From Candidatus Binatia bacterium (GTDB lineage Bacteria > Desulfobacterota > Binatia > Bin18): a stretch of 64,000 nt of DNA. This document shows, piece after piece, positions 9,283-19,059 of the stretch (position 1 is its first letter; each line of letters begins with the position of its first letter). The notes under the pieces were generated by a model, which searched no databases, was not told the origin of the DNA, and worked only from the letters and a program-made list of their open reading frames with translations. The translations under genes were made by a program, and so were the position numbers. The stretch is from the NCBI GenBank assembly GCA_963664395.2, contig OY761159.2, forward strand, positions 1,152,001 to 1,216,000. The letters run 5' to 3'.

Positions 9283-10150
9283 ATGCAAACAATCAGTAAA
9301 GAACACATTGTCCGTACTTTTGATGCGACCCATCCGCCGGCCGGCCCGCGTCCAGCCGGGAGAAGTCTTTGTCATGGAAACCAACGATCGCTTCCGTGAT
9401 TGGAACGATGGCAGTCAGTGGCCGATGGAGCAGCTTTCCGTTATGACCGGACCCGTGTGTATCGAAGGCGCCCAGCCCGGCCACACACTGGCAGTCGAAA
9501 TTCTGGATATCCGTCCCACTCAGGGCTTTGGCTATGTGGTTGCGATTCCGGGCTATGGGTTGCTCAAGGACCAGGTCGAGTTCTGCAAAAAGGTTGTGCC
9601 GATCGAGGGCAATCGTATTCGCTACAACGACACGATCAGCCTGCCGTTTATTCCCAACGTCAGTAAAATTGGTCTTGCTCCTGCCGATGGAGCCCTGCCC
9701 AGTAACGCGGTCGGTGCTTTTGGGGGTCAACTCAGCAATGGTCAGTTGGGCCCCGGTTCAACTGTTTTCTTGCCGGTGAGTGTCGAGGGCGGGATGCTGA
9801 CAATCGAAGATGTCCACGCCAAAATGGGCGATGGCGAGGCCACGGCTTCGGCGGTTGAAATCGCGGCGGAAGTGACGCTACGCTGTCGTGTCGCGACCGA
9901 ATTTCCGTTGCAGCGACCGCTGGTGATCACGCAAGATGAAGTCCTCACCATGGGCGACGGGGAGACGGCCGAAGTCGCCGCCCGTCAGGCCCTGGAAGAC
10001 CTGTCTCAGCTCTTAGTGGAGCGTGCCGGGGTCAACCAAACAGAGGCCGCTATGCTGGCCAGCGTGGCCGCCGACCTGCGCATTTCAGAAATGGCGGGCT
10101 CCCCGTGTCATGTGCGGGCCGCAATAGACCGGGCCATTCTCAATTTATAA
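9283..10150 (+). CDS. Acetamidase/formamidase family protein, with a +1 frameshift near 9343
   Basis: RBS and ATG at 9283 give MQTISKEHIVRTFDATHPPA; removing one G at about 9343 joins it to RVQPGEVFVMET...TGPVCIEGAQPG...DVHAKMGDGE. Confidence 0.8.
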
Positions 10151-10171
10151 GTATCCGACCCAACCGCTTCC

Positions 10172-10477
10172 TCAGCCCTGGGGCGGTGTGAATGCCGGCG
10201 CCATCACGGCGCTGGCATTGGTCGTAATCGCCAGACGGATATCTTTGACCGGCTTGTACTCCGGGTCATCCATAAAGTCCTGGATTGCATGCTCGGAAGG
10301 GAATTTGATCACCACTACACCCTTGGCGGGCTCACCCTGGAGTGGTGTCGCGTTAAAGTCGGCCACCACGACTTCGGCCTTATACTTGGCCAGAAAAGGC
10401 AATACTCCGGGGATGTACTCTTTCTGGTATCGCTCTGGATCTGTAATCGTCTGGGTCAAAATAAAATAGGCTGACAT
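10172..10477 (-). CDS. DUF1330 family protein
   Basis: MSAYFILTQTITDPERYQKEY...VVVIKFPS...PEYKP; AGGAGG RBS. Confidence 0.85.
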   Translation of the reverse strand: MSAYFILTQTITDPERYQKEYIPGVLPFLAKYKAEVVVADFNATPLQGEPAKGVVVIKFPSEHAIQDFMDDPEYKPVKDIRLAITTNASAVMAPAFTPPQG

Positions 10478-10479
10478 CG

Positions 10480-11115
10480 TTATCCTCCTTGAATAGTGTT
10501 TCCCTCTTTTGGGGCCTGCCCGAACGAGCCGCTGCCGGAGTCCAGAAACGCCTGCTCTTCCGGTGTGGACGTTCGTCCGAGCAGGACGTTGCGGTGCGGG
10601 AAGCGACCGAAGCGCTGAATAATAGACAGATGCTTGCGGGCCGAGCCCTGAAAATCCTCGATCAGTGCGGTCCACTCTGGGGGAGCAGTCGCCAGCACGG
10701 TATCGCCTCGACGCACCGCTTCCGCCTGGAGGGCCAGGTCCTCAGCGTGCTGGAACGGCATCAAACAAAACAGTTGCTCCAGCACGCTCAAAGAGGCAGG
10801 AAAGGCGCGCTCAAAGCCGCGCCGGGTGACGTGTTGCGCCAACGGGTCGGCCGCAAAGGCCGCGGCCGTGCCGCGATAGAGATTACGCGGCAACTGATCG
10901 AGGGCGAGAATCAGCGCCAGCCACCCGCGGGGGCGGGATTCCCAGGACGCCAATCCGCCGGACCGGGCCTGCCTGACGAGATCGGCAAAGCGGGTGCGGA
11001 TGACGGCATCGGTTTCGGGTGTAGCCTGAAACCAAAAAGGATAACGCTCTTCGGCCTTGTGCGCGTCCGAAGCCGCATCGGCGAACCAGAACTGGAGCAG
11101 TTGTTCGGGGTCCAT
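10480..11115 (-). CDS. DUF924 family protein
   Basis: LLQFWF, LDQLPRN.YRGT, MPFQHAE, RFGRFPHRN. Confidence 0.9.
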   Translation of the reverse strand: MDPEQLLQFWFADAASDAHKAEERYPFWFQATPETDAVIRTRFADLVRQARSGGLASWESRPRGWLALILALDQLPRNLYRGTAAAFAADPLAQHVTRRGFERAFPASLSVLEQLFCLMPFQHAEDLALQAEAVRRGDTVLATAPPEWTALIEDFQGSARKHLSIIQRFGRFPHRNVLLGRTSTPEEQAFLDSGSGSFGQAPKEGNTIQGG

Positions 11116-11135
11116 AGGCGTCCGGGTTATCCACT

Positions 11136-11789
11136 TTACTGGAGAATTCTGACGGCCTCACCGTCTTGAACCAGCACGGTCGGGGCCATCCCCACAAACA
11201 GTCCGGTGCCCACGACGCCGGGGATCGACAGAATTTTTTGTTCAAATTCGGCAGGCTTGGCAATCGGACCGATTGCGCAGTCAATAATGGCGTTGCCGTT
11301 ATCGGAGACAAACGCACCCGATTCGGTCTGCCGCGGGGTTGGCTCGCAGGACAAGGCGCGCAGACGCCGACAGCAGGCCGCGACCCCAAACGGCACGACT
11401 TCAACTGGCAGCCTGCCCCGCTCTCCGAGCACGGACACCAGCTTTTCAGTGCCCACCAGAACGATGAATTTTTCGGCCGCGGCAGCTACTATTTTCTCGC
11501 GTACCATGGCACCGCCATAGCCTTTGATGAGGTTCAGGCTGAGATCAACCTCGTCTGCACCATCAACGGCAATATCAATGATATCGACTGCGTCAAAAGT
11601 CGTGAGGGGAATGCCAAGCTCCTGGGCGAGAGCCATCGTTACTTGAGATGTTGGGAGCCCACGAATACGTAAGCCGGCGCGCACCCGGGCGCCAAGCGCA
11701 CGCACGAAGGCGGTCGCGGCCCGGCCCGTGCCCAGGCCGACGACATCTCCGTCTTTCACAAATTCGAGCGCGCGTTCAGCGATAGTCAT
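11136..11789 (-). CDS. rpiA: Ribose-5-phosphate isomerase A
   Basis: GLGTG, DGADEVD, IKGYGGA, REKIVA, PGVVGTGLF. Confidence 0.95.
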   Translation of the reverse strand: MTIAERALEFVKDGDVVGLGTGRAATAFVRALGARVRAGLRIRGLPTSQVTMALAQELGIPLTTFDAVDIIDIAVDGADEVDLSLNLIKGYGGAMVREKIVAAAAEKFIVLVGTEKLVSVLGERGRLPVEVVPFGVAACCRRLRALSCEPTPRQTESGAFVSDNGNAIIDCAIGPIAKPAEFEQKILSIPGVVGTGLFVGMAPTVLVQDGEAVRILQ

Positions 11790-11818
11790 GCCTTGCTCTG
11801 CTGTGTCAGGAGAAACCC

Positions 11819-14800
11819 CTAGGCCAGGGCTTGCGTAATGGTCTCGCGCAAGGTTTGCAAGCCCGCGTGTACGTCTGGTCCGAGATGCACCCGCAGCGCT
11901 CGCCGTCCCCGTTCGGCCAGGACCTCAAGGTCGCCTTGGGCTTGGAAGCGTTTCAGGGTGCCAAAACTGTAGCGTTGGTCCGGGATGGCCAGGTCGTTGG
12001 CATCATCTGACGTAATCTGCAAAAAAACGCCGGAGTTTGGGCCACCCTTATGCAGTTGGCCGGTAGAATGCAGAAAGCGTGGGCCAAAACCGAGGGTGGT
12101 GGCCACTTTCTTCGCGTCCCGCACGGCGTGCCGCATGGCTTGCAGTTCGGCGCGGGTTTCCTCGTTCATGGCAACATAGGCGTTGATGGCAAAATAATCG
12201 CCAGCCTGAATACGTCCGAGATGAGCGCCAAGACACGCCACCGCGTCGGATGCCGTTGCGCGCAGGGTTTCAGTATTTGCGGAATCTGAGAAGAAACGCA
12301 GACCCCGGTCTTCTAAAAACGGTATTTCGTCCGGCAATTGACCGGTCTCTTCAAACGCCGCGGTCAGCTGTTGGGTTGCCCTTTTACTGGCTTCCACGTC
12401 GGGCTGGTTAAACGCATGAATCCCGAGCAGAGAGCCGGCCACGGCGGTAGCCATTTCCCAACGGAAAAATTCCTGACCAAGGCTGAGCGTATCTTCGAGA
12501 CTGATACGCACAACCGGCTGGCCGGCTTTGTCCAGCGCGTCCAGCGCCGCATCCTGTTCAGCCGAAGGCACACTGTTGAGTCGAATATAGATAAAGAGCC
12601 GGTCACTCCCGTAGGCGGCGGGCGGGCCCAGGGTCTCTGCGTCAACCGGAATAAGTCCGCGCCCCTCCTTGCCGGTCGATTCTGCGATGAGTTGCTCAAG
12701 CCACGCCCCCAAGGCGCTAATGCCCGGCGAGGCCACAATGGTCACTTTGTCTCGGCCGTGTTGCGCCAGGGTTCCCATAATCGTCCCCAGCGTGACACCG
12801 GGATTGACCTCGGGCGGAACACTCGTCGAGCAGGCTTGGACCATCAGGGCGGCACTGTCCAGAAAGCGCTGGACATCTATTCCCATGATGGCGGCCGGGA
12901 CCATGCCAAAAATTCGACAGGGCCGAATACCGGCCGCCAATGCTTGGCAGCCCCGGAAAGATGGAGCGGAACTGGCGCTGTTGGGCGAGCTGTTGGAGCG
13001 GCTGGCGGGGTCAGTAATCGCAATAAATCGCGCGCCGGCTTTGTCCGCGCCAATAGCCTGGGCGGGACCATGCCAAAATTCGACAGGGCCGAATACCGGC
13101 CGCCAATGCTTGGCAGCCCCGGAAAGATGGAGCGGAACTGGCGCTGTTGGGCGAGCTGTTGGAGCGGGCTGGCGGGGTCAGTAATCGCAATAAATCGCGC
13201 GCCGGCTTTGTCCGCGCCAATAGCCTGGGCAACCTTGTCAAAGAAGTACTGCCTCAAGACATTCGGCTCAGTCGTCCCACCCGACTTTGAAGAGATAATA
13301 AACAGCGTCCTGCTTGGGTCAATCTTTTGCGCACACGCTTCGACCTGGGCCGGCACTGTCGAGTCAAGAACCAGCAGTTCAGGACAGCCCCCAATAACGC
13401 CAAAGGTACGTTTCAAGACCTCCGGGCACAAACTCGAGCCGCCCATGCCAAGCAGGAGGACATGCTGAAAATCGCCAGCCCTGATCTCTTCGGCTATCTG
13501 GGTGAGGTGGCTCGTGTTTCTCCGCTGCTCGTCCACAATATCGAGCCAACCGAGCCACTCGCCCTCGTCCCTCCCCGACCAGAGCCCAGAGTCCTTTTGC
13601 CATAAGCGCCGGACTTTCCCCTGTGTCCGCCAGTCTTTCAAACTGGCTTCGACGAGAGCGGAAGCACCGGCCAGACTATACGTCTGCTGAGCCAGTTCAG
13701 TGCCCAGCATGGCTTGGCGCTTGCGCTCGATTGAGCCGAGCAGAGCGTCAAACGGCTCAACAAATTTACGCACGGCTTCATCCAGGAGTTGGTTGGTTGC
13801 ATTTTCAAGCGATACCCCAACCTCAGCCAGGGTTTGGATGATGGTACGCGCGCCGGCTAAATTTTCTTCCCAGTTGTTGGTCAGCCTTGACTCGGCCCGG
13901 CCCCCATCACGGAAGGCCGTAAAGGTTTCAGCCGGCATGGTATTGACCGTGTCCGGTCCAATCAGTTCGTCAACGTAGAGCGTTTTGGAATAGTGCGGAT
14001 TTTTCGTACTCGTACTTGCCCATAAGAGTCGTTGGGGCCGAGCGCCGTTCGCTTCGAGAGCATGCCAGCGTTCACTGGCCATCAGGTTTTTATACGCGGC
14101 GTAGGCAATTTTTGCATTCGCAATAGCGACTTTTCCGAGCAGGTTTTCAATCTTGGCCTTTTGCTCGGCGCTGTCTGCGGCCTCAATGGCCTGGCTGAGT
14201 TTTTCGTCGATCAGGGTGTCGATGCGACTGATAAAAAAGCTGGCCACACTCGCCACTGTGCTCAGGTCCCCACCCCTTTGAGAGAGTTGCTCCAAGCCGT
14301 CCAAATACGCCTCGGCGACCGCTTCATACGCTTCAACCGCAAAGAGTAGGGTCACATTGATATTGATCCCCTCGCCGATTAACTGGGCGATGGCCGGCGC
14401 GCCGGCTTGGGTGGCCGGCACCTTAATCATGACATTGGCCCGATCAACCATTGTGTACAAACGCCGGGCTTCTTCGAGGGTCGCCTGGGTGTCATGGGCC
14501 AGATAGGGAGAGACCTCAAGGCTGACATAGCCGTCTTTGCCCTCGGTTTTCCGATAGACCTCAAACAGCACGTCCGCGGCCAGCCGGATGTCCTGGATCG
14601 CCAGACGCTCATACACGTCTATGGCTGACCCCACCCCCTGTTCGACCAGGGCCTGCATGGGTTGATCGTAATCGGCACTGCCCGTCAGCGCCTTCTCAAA
14701 AATAGCCGGATTCGACGTCATGCCGAGCAAGCCGTCATGCTCGACCATGGCCTGGAGATCACCAGAAGTGATAAGGCTGCGCTGGATATTGTCATACCAG

Positions 14801-14844
14801 ATACTTTGACCCAATTGCTGGACAGCAACCAATGGATTTTCCAT
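11819..14844 (-). CDS. Bifunctional transaldolase/glucose-6-phosphate isomerase, interrupted by a 167-bp duplication
   Basis: TAL part: GQSIWYD, TSNPAIF, MIKVPAT, RLLWASTSTK. PGI part: GMGGSSL, SKSGGTTE, GGRYSALS, EQLIAESTGK, NQPDVE, HSTGQLHKGG. Confidence 0.9.
12897..13230. repeat. 167-bp tandem duplication inside tal-pgi
   Basis: 12897-13063 and 13064-13230 are near-identical, differing only in two homopolymer lengths (A5/A4, G2/G3). Confidence 0.95.
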
Positions 14845-14974
14845 GCTCTTCCTCGTCCTTCCCCTCACCCCAGGCACTCGTTCCTACCGGGTAGGGCCTG
14901 AATGGCATTGGCGATCTGCGCGACCCACCCTCTTCTAGCATAGCTCCTTTCTCGTCAGCAAAGGGGGCGGGGAT

Positions 14975-15004
14975 GTCGGCTTACGCTCCGCTAAGCTGAC
15001 CTAC
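14975..15004 (-). repeat. GTAG-type REP-like palindrome
   Basis: Minus strand GTAG-GTCAGCTTAGCGGAGCGTAAGCCGAC: GTAG tetranucleotide followed by an imperfect palindrome. Confidence 0.55.
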
Positions 15005-15194
15005 GGGACTTGGCAATATCCAGTCCCGATACTGCCTCTTGCATCTCGTTTCTCTCAATCGAAAACTCTCTGCCCATCCTGGGCTCCTCCAAACTCGGAT
15101 AGAAAGAGAAAACGGGAGGGACCATCTCATCGACCTGAGAAACTGGCCGTCCTAAATAGGCCATACGTGCAGTTCTTGACACGCGCGGTCGGGC

Positions 15195-15220
15195 TGTGGA
15201 CAAGATGTCCGCGCTCCCAG
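15195..15220 (-). repeat. REP-like palindrome downstream of the cupin gene
   Basis: CTGGGAGCGCGGACATCTTGTCCACA hairpin on the minus strand. Confidence 0.4.
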
Positions 15221-15225
15221 GGGGT

Positions 15226-15699
15226 TCAGTCGGAAATATCGGCTTGTGCGCCTGCGACCTGGGCGAGTCGGCTTTCCTGCTGCGAAACTGCCTGGGGACG
15301 GTCGCGCTCTGCATCGACGATGCAGAAAAAACCAAAGGGCTCATCGCCGTCGGCCAGAAACTGATGGGGGGTCCAGGGAGCAACGTACACGGTGTCAAGC
15401 GCCTGCATCTCCCGGGCTTGATCGTTCAGCACCACCCGCCCCTGTCCGCGTACCGCAATCACCACATGCGCATGGGCATGTTTCTCTAAACTGGAGTAGC
15501 CGCCCGGTTCGATTTCAAAATAGCGCAGATGGAAGCTGGTCGCTTCGGCCTGTTTGCCGACCAGAACCTGGCGGATAATGCTTTTCCATTCTCGTCCCGC
15601 TTCCTGCCCCTGCTTGTAGGCTTCGCATTCGACCTCGGACCAAGTATACGGATCGTGGTCTTTTTGAGAATGGATGAGACGGCTTTTGGGGGCAGACAT
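15226..15699 (-). CDS. Cupin-domain protein
   Basis: RYFEIEPGGYSSLEKHAHAHVV...PWTPHQF...FGFFCIVD. Confidence 0.85.
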   Translation of the reverse strand: MSAPKSRLIHSQKDHDPYTWSEVECEAYKQGQEAGREWKSIIRQVLVGKQAEATSFHLRYFEIEPGGYSSLEKHAHAHVVIAVRGQGRVVLNDQAREMQALDTVYVAPWTPHQFLADGDEPFGFFCIVDAERDRPQAVSQQESRLAQVAGAQADISD

Positions 15700-15707
15700 G
15701 GCCTTCC

Positions 15708-16742
15708 TTAGGCAAACTCAATAATCGTCTTGAGGGAATCCCGCGCTTCAGACGCATTGCGATAGGCGTCGTGCAGTTTGTCAAATGGAAAACGATGGGT
15801 GATGAATTTCTCGGCAGTAATTACGCCTTCTTGAATCAAACGGAGCGCCTCGCGTGTATCGTTCGGTCCGCAGGAATAGCTGGGAATCAGCCGGACTTCA
15901 TTAAAATACAGATCGTTGGGCGAGATGGTCAGCCTGTCTTCAGGTTTACTGGCCGTAAACAGCACCACGCTTCCGCCTTTGGCCGCACAGCGCAGACCAA
16001 GCTGCATCGCTTCAATCGACCCTGGGCCGACTATCACGACTTCAGCCATCTCGCCCTTGGTATATTCACGCAGCGTGTCTTCGACATTCCCATCTCCTGG
16101 ATTCAGTGCAATATCAGCCCCAAGTTCAACCGCTTTCTCACATCGATACGGAACAAAGTCCGTCCCAACGATAGTGCGCGCGCCAGCATGTTTCGCCAGT
16201 GCGACATGCAACTGACCCATAATACCAAGTCCAATCACGAAGACACTTTCTCCAGGGAGAAAGCCCGAGCGCCGCATGGACTTGACCGCACAGGCCGTGG
16301 GTTCGATCAAAGAGCCCTCGGCAAACGACATATCTTCAGGCAGGCGTAAGGTATCGCCGGATAAATTATCTTTAGGTACGACAAAGTACTCAGCCATCCC
16401 GCCGGGAACAATCTTCGTCGCCCGCCACGTCCGGCACTGCACAAACTCTCCGCGTTGACACGCTCGGCACGAGAAACACGGCGCGTGATGATGGACGAAT
16501 ACCCGGTCGCCGGGCTGAAAGTCCGCCACTCCCTCGCCGACTTCAACAATTTCACCCGCGGGTTCATGCCCAAACACCAGCGGGGCCTTTTTCTTCATAT
16601 ACCAGCCCATCACATCGCCCGAGCAAATCCCGCACGCCCGAGTCTTCACTAATGCCTCGCCCGGTCCAACAGCGGGAATGGGGTCGTCTTCAAAACGAAT
16701 ATCGGTTGAGTCGTACAAACGAGCGACTTTCATGCTGGGCAT
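15708..16742 (-). CDS. Zinc-dependent alcohol/polyol dehydrogenase (MDR)
   Basis: CGICSGD, GHEPAG, CxxCxxC...C, IEP, GLGIMG. Confidence 0.9.
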   Translation of the reverse strand: MPSMKVARLYDSTDIRFEDDPIPAVGPGEALVKTRACGICSGDVMGWYMKKKAPLVFGHEPAGEIVEVGEGVADFQPGDRVFVHHHAPCFSCRACQRGEFVQCRTWRATKIVPGGMAEYFVVPKDNLSGDTLRLPEDMSFAEGSLIEPTACAVKSMRRSGFLPGESVFVIGLGIMGQLHVALAKHAGARTIVGTDFVPYRCEKAVELGADIALNPGDGNVEDTLREYTKGEMAEVVIVGPGSIEAMQLGLRCAAKGGSVVLFTASKPEDRLTISPNDLYFNEVRLIPSYSCGPNDTREALRLIQEGVITAEKFITHRFPFDKLHDAYRNASEARDSLKTIIEFA

Positions 16743-16864
16743 AATGCTGAGAACTTCCTTTCTGCCGAGCGGACCTGAACCATTATGCCAGGCGAGGAAT
16801 TCACGGCAAGCCGGACTGAGTTCTTGTGAAATCACCCGCAAGGAAGGGAAGTTATACCTTTGAT

Positions 16865-17074
16865 ATGAAAACGACGATCTCAATTCCCGATTCCATATAC
16901 ACGGATGCGGAACGCCTCGCCCAACGCCTGGAGAAATCTCGCATGCAGACTGTTCAGGCTCCCTTAGATAGTGGAGCAGAGCAAGAGGAAAAACAGCGGG
17001 CCGGTTACTTGCGCAAACCTGTTAAAAAGGGCGAGTTCGATATTTGGGAAGGTGAACAAGCCTGGGACATATAA
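16865..17074 (+). CDS. Ribbon-helix-helix antitoxin-like protein, probably chimeric or degenerate
   Basis: MKTTISIPDSIY..AERLA.RL..SR (RHH) plus C-terminal GYLRKPVKKGEFDIWEGEQAW, like MazF-associated antitoxins. Confidence 0.6.
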   Translation: MKTTISIPDSIYTDAERLAQRLEKSRMQTVQAPLDSGAEQEEKQRAGYLRKPVKKGEFDIWEGEQAWDI

Positions 17075-17142
17075 TGAAACGCGGGGAAAGTATCACTACT
17101 CAAGGGACATTTATACGCCTGTCAAAAAATATTACACCATGA
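17074..17142 (+). pseudogene. Truncated PemK/MazF toxin start
   Basis: TAATG overlap with the antitoxin stop; begins MKRGE, then diverges and stops after 22 codons. Confidence 0.4.
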
Positions 17143-17558
17143 AAAAAATAGTTCTCATCTCATGCGGAAAAGACAAGCGCAACCAACGTGCCAAGGCCCG
17201 TAATATGTACAGAGGTAGTTTATTCAAAAAGAGCCTGAGATATGCGCAGAAGCTTAGCCCGGATAAGATATTCATATTATCGGCAAAGCACGGACTCCTG
17301 GAGCTTGATACAGAAATAGAACCTTACGATATGACCCTCAACAACATGAATACGTGCAAAAGGCGCCAGTGGGCGGACCGAGTGTTGGGGAATCTACGAG
17401 CCCGTTCGGATATTGACAATGATGATTTTGTCTTTCTTGCCGGCAGTAAGTACCGTGAATTCCTGATCTGCCATATCCGACATTCGTCTGTTCCTATGAA
17501 GGGTCTAAAACAAGGAGAGCAGTTGAGATGGCTGAATGAGCAGATCAATGAGTGGTGA
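17139..17558 (+). CDS. DUF6884-like protein
   Basis: IVLISCGKDK...A..MY.GSLF...FILSAKHGLL..EIEPYDMTL...FLAG.KY...PMKGL..GEQL.WL. Confidence 0.75.
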   Translation: MKKIVLISCGKDKRNQRAKARNMYRGSLFKKSLRYAQKLSPDKIFILSAKHGLLELDTEIEPYDMTLNNMNTCKRRQWADRVLGNLRARSDIDNDDFVFLAGSKYREFLICHIRHSSVPMKGLKQGEQLRWLNEQINEW

Positions 17559-18147
17559 GTGTGAAAGGCTGCACAGGGAATTTTCGTTGCTGCCCAGGTT
17601 GTCCATTGGTTATCAAGAAAAGCAAGTGCCGCAGAATGGCATCTACGTCGTGTTTGAAAATGGCGAAGTCGCACATAACACTGACAGAATCGTAAGAATT
17701 GGTACACATACGGGCAAAGGCAATCTGCCAAAGAGAATCAACGAACACCTTTGTGCCCCCAATAAGGACCGCAGCATCTTCAGGAAGCATATCGGGAGGT
17801 GCATTCTTGCAAAACGAAATGATCCATTTCTGGAACAGTGGAACATCGACCTGACCCCACGCGCTAATCGTGACGAATATGCAGGAAAAATTGACTTTGA
17901 AAAACTCGAGAAAATAGAACAAGAGGTCAGCGATTACATAACACACAACCTGTCCTTTGTCGTGATCGCAGTAGAGGGAGGAAAGCAGAAAAGGCGTACC
18001 GTGGAGTCGGAAATGATTTCCGTTATAGCAGTATGTTCTGATTGTCGTCCTTCAAAAAATTGGCTGGGCCTCCATCATCCCAACCGCAAGATTCGCAGTG
18101 CCGGATTATGGAACGTGCAGGGACTACCAAGGTCCTTAAAAACCTAG
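17548..18147 (+). CDS. GIY-YIG-like nuclease
   Basis: NGIYVVFE...IVRIGT...L.KRINEH...SIFRK.IG...E..MI...LWN; overlaps the DUF6884 stop. Confidence 0.65.
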   Translation: MSGECERLHREFSLLPRLSIGYQEKQVPQNGIYVVFENGEVAHNTDRIVRIGTHTGKGNLPKRINEHLCAPNKDRSIFRKHIGRCILAKRNDPFLEQWNIDLTPRANRDEYAGKIDFEKLEKIEQEVSDYITHNLSFVVIAVEGGKQKRRTVESEMISVIAVCSDCRPSKNWLGLHHPNRKIRSAGLWNVQGLPRSLKT

Positions 18148-18298
18148 CCAGTCCGCAACAGCCAACGGGTTGCCGGCTTCATCAAGAAGAGGAAGTAGCG
18201 AAGGACTTGTCGGAGGTGACTCAACTGATCGAGAAACGGCTGGCGACCAAGCCGGATGGAGCGCTTATCGGATACCCTGCCCCATTGGTCCTGGCTCC

Positions 18299-18757
18299 CT
18301 ACAACAGATCATCTAGAATTAGGGTCTTAAACTCTTTCACTTTCCGAAAAGCGGTATCATTCGAGATAAATCCAGTCGCTTGACTGATGAGGCTCGTAGC
18401 AGCTTGCAGTGCATCGGGCGTTTGGAGATTGTATTCGGCACGCAGTCGTGCCGCACGATCTGCAACTATCAAGGTCGGTGCAACCCACTCAAGGTGCGGA
18501 TAGGTTGAGAGCAGCGCGTAGAATGTATTGACTCGGTCAAGGTCTGCGAAGCGATACGGTTGGACGAGCAGTTCCAGCATCGTAACGGTCGAGGTCACTG
18601 CTTGCGCCTGCGGTCCTTCCAGCCAAGTAAAAATGAGGTCTGTGAGTTCGCTATAGCGTGGGTTCTCTTCGAGCTGGAAGATAAAAACATTCGTATCGAG
18701 GCCAATCTTTTGATGGCGTCCGAGAAATTGTTCTAGCCTTTTTCGCTTCACTGCCAA
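18299..18757 (-). CDS. vapC: PIN-domain VapC toxin
   Basis: LDTNVFI, TMLELL, RAARLRAEYNL.TPDALQAAT, FISND. Confidence 0.9.
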   Translation of the reverse strand: MAVKRKRLEQFLGRHQKIGLDTNVFIFQLEENPRYSELTDLIFTWLEGPQAQAVTSTVTMLELLVQPYRFADLDRVNTFYALLSTYPHLEWVAPTLIVADRAARLRAEYNLQTPDALQAATSLISQATGFISNDTAFRKVKEFKTLILDDLL

Positions 18758-18975
18758 CTGTCTCGTTCGGTTGAAAGATAATCCTTCGGATAGAGGTCTT
18801 TCCCTATTCCGGCAATGGCCTTGGCATACTTCTTTGGCTTGGGGAGCAGGACAACCGTCTCGCCTCGCACGACAACGAGCAGCCGGTCGCCAGCCTTCAC
18901 TCCGAGCGTTTCCCGCGCCTCACGCGGAACAACGATTTGGTTCTTCGTGGAAAGTTTTACTTCGTTCATAGTCAT
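18748..18975 (-). CDS. AbrB/MazE/SpoVT-family antitoxin
   Basis: VKLSTKNQIVVPREARETLGVKAGDRL; overlaps vapC. Confidence 0.9.
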   Translation of the reverse strand: MTMNEVKLSTKNQIVVPREARETLGVKAGDRLLVVVRGETVVLLPKPKKYAKAIAGIGKDLYPKDYLSTERDSWQ

Positions 18976-18981
18976 TCTATA

Positions 18982-19006
18982 CTTTACTTTTATAATAAAA
19001 GTAAAG
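18982..19006. promoter_or_regulatory. Palindromic operator upstream of the AbrB-VapC operon
   Basis: CTTTACTTTTAT-A-ATAAAAGTAAAG, perfect 12-bp inverted repeat just upstream of the start. Confidence 0.65.
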
Positions 19007-19059
19007 GTTTTAAATCTTGCGTTGTCGAGTTCGTCATGACAACCGGAAGGCCGATATCC

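Noticed and set aside
11819-12940. Separate pgi gene or programmed frameshift
   Set aside because: The split is fully explained by the 167-bp duplication with homopolymer errors.
18150-18300. Coding-like fragment EEEVAKDLSEVTQLIEKRLATK
   Set aside because: No start codon or RBS and no recognisable family; at most a remnant.
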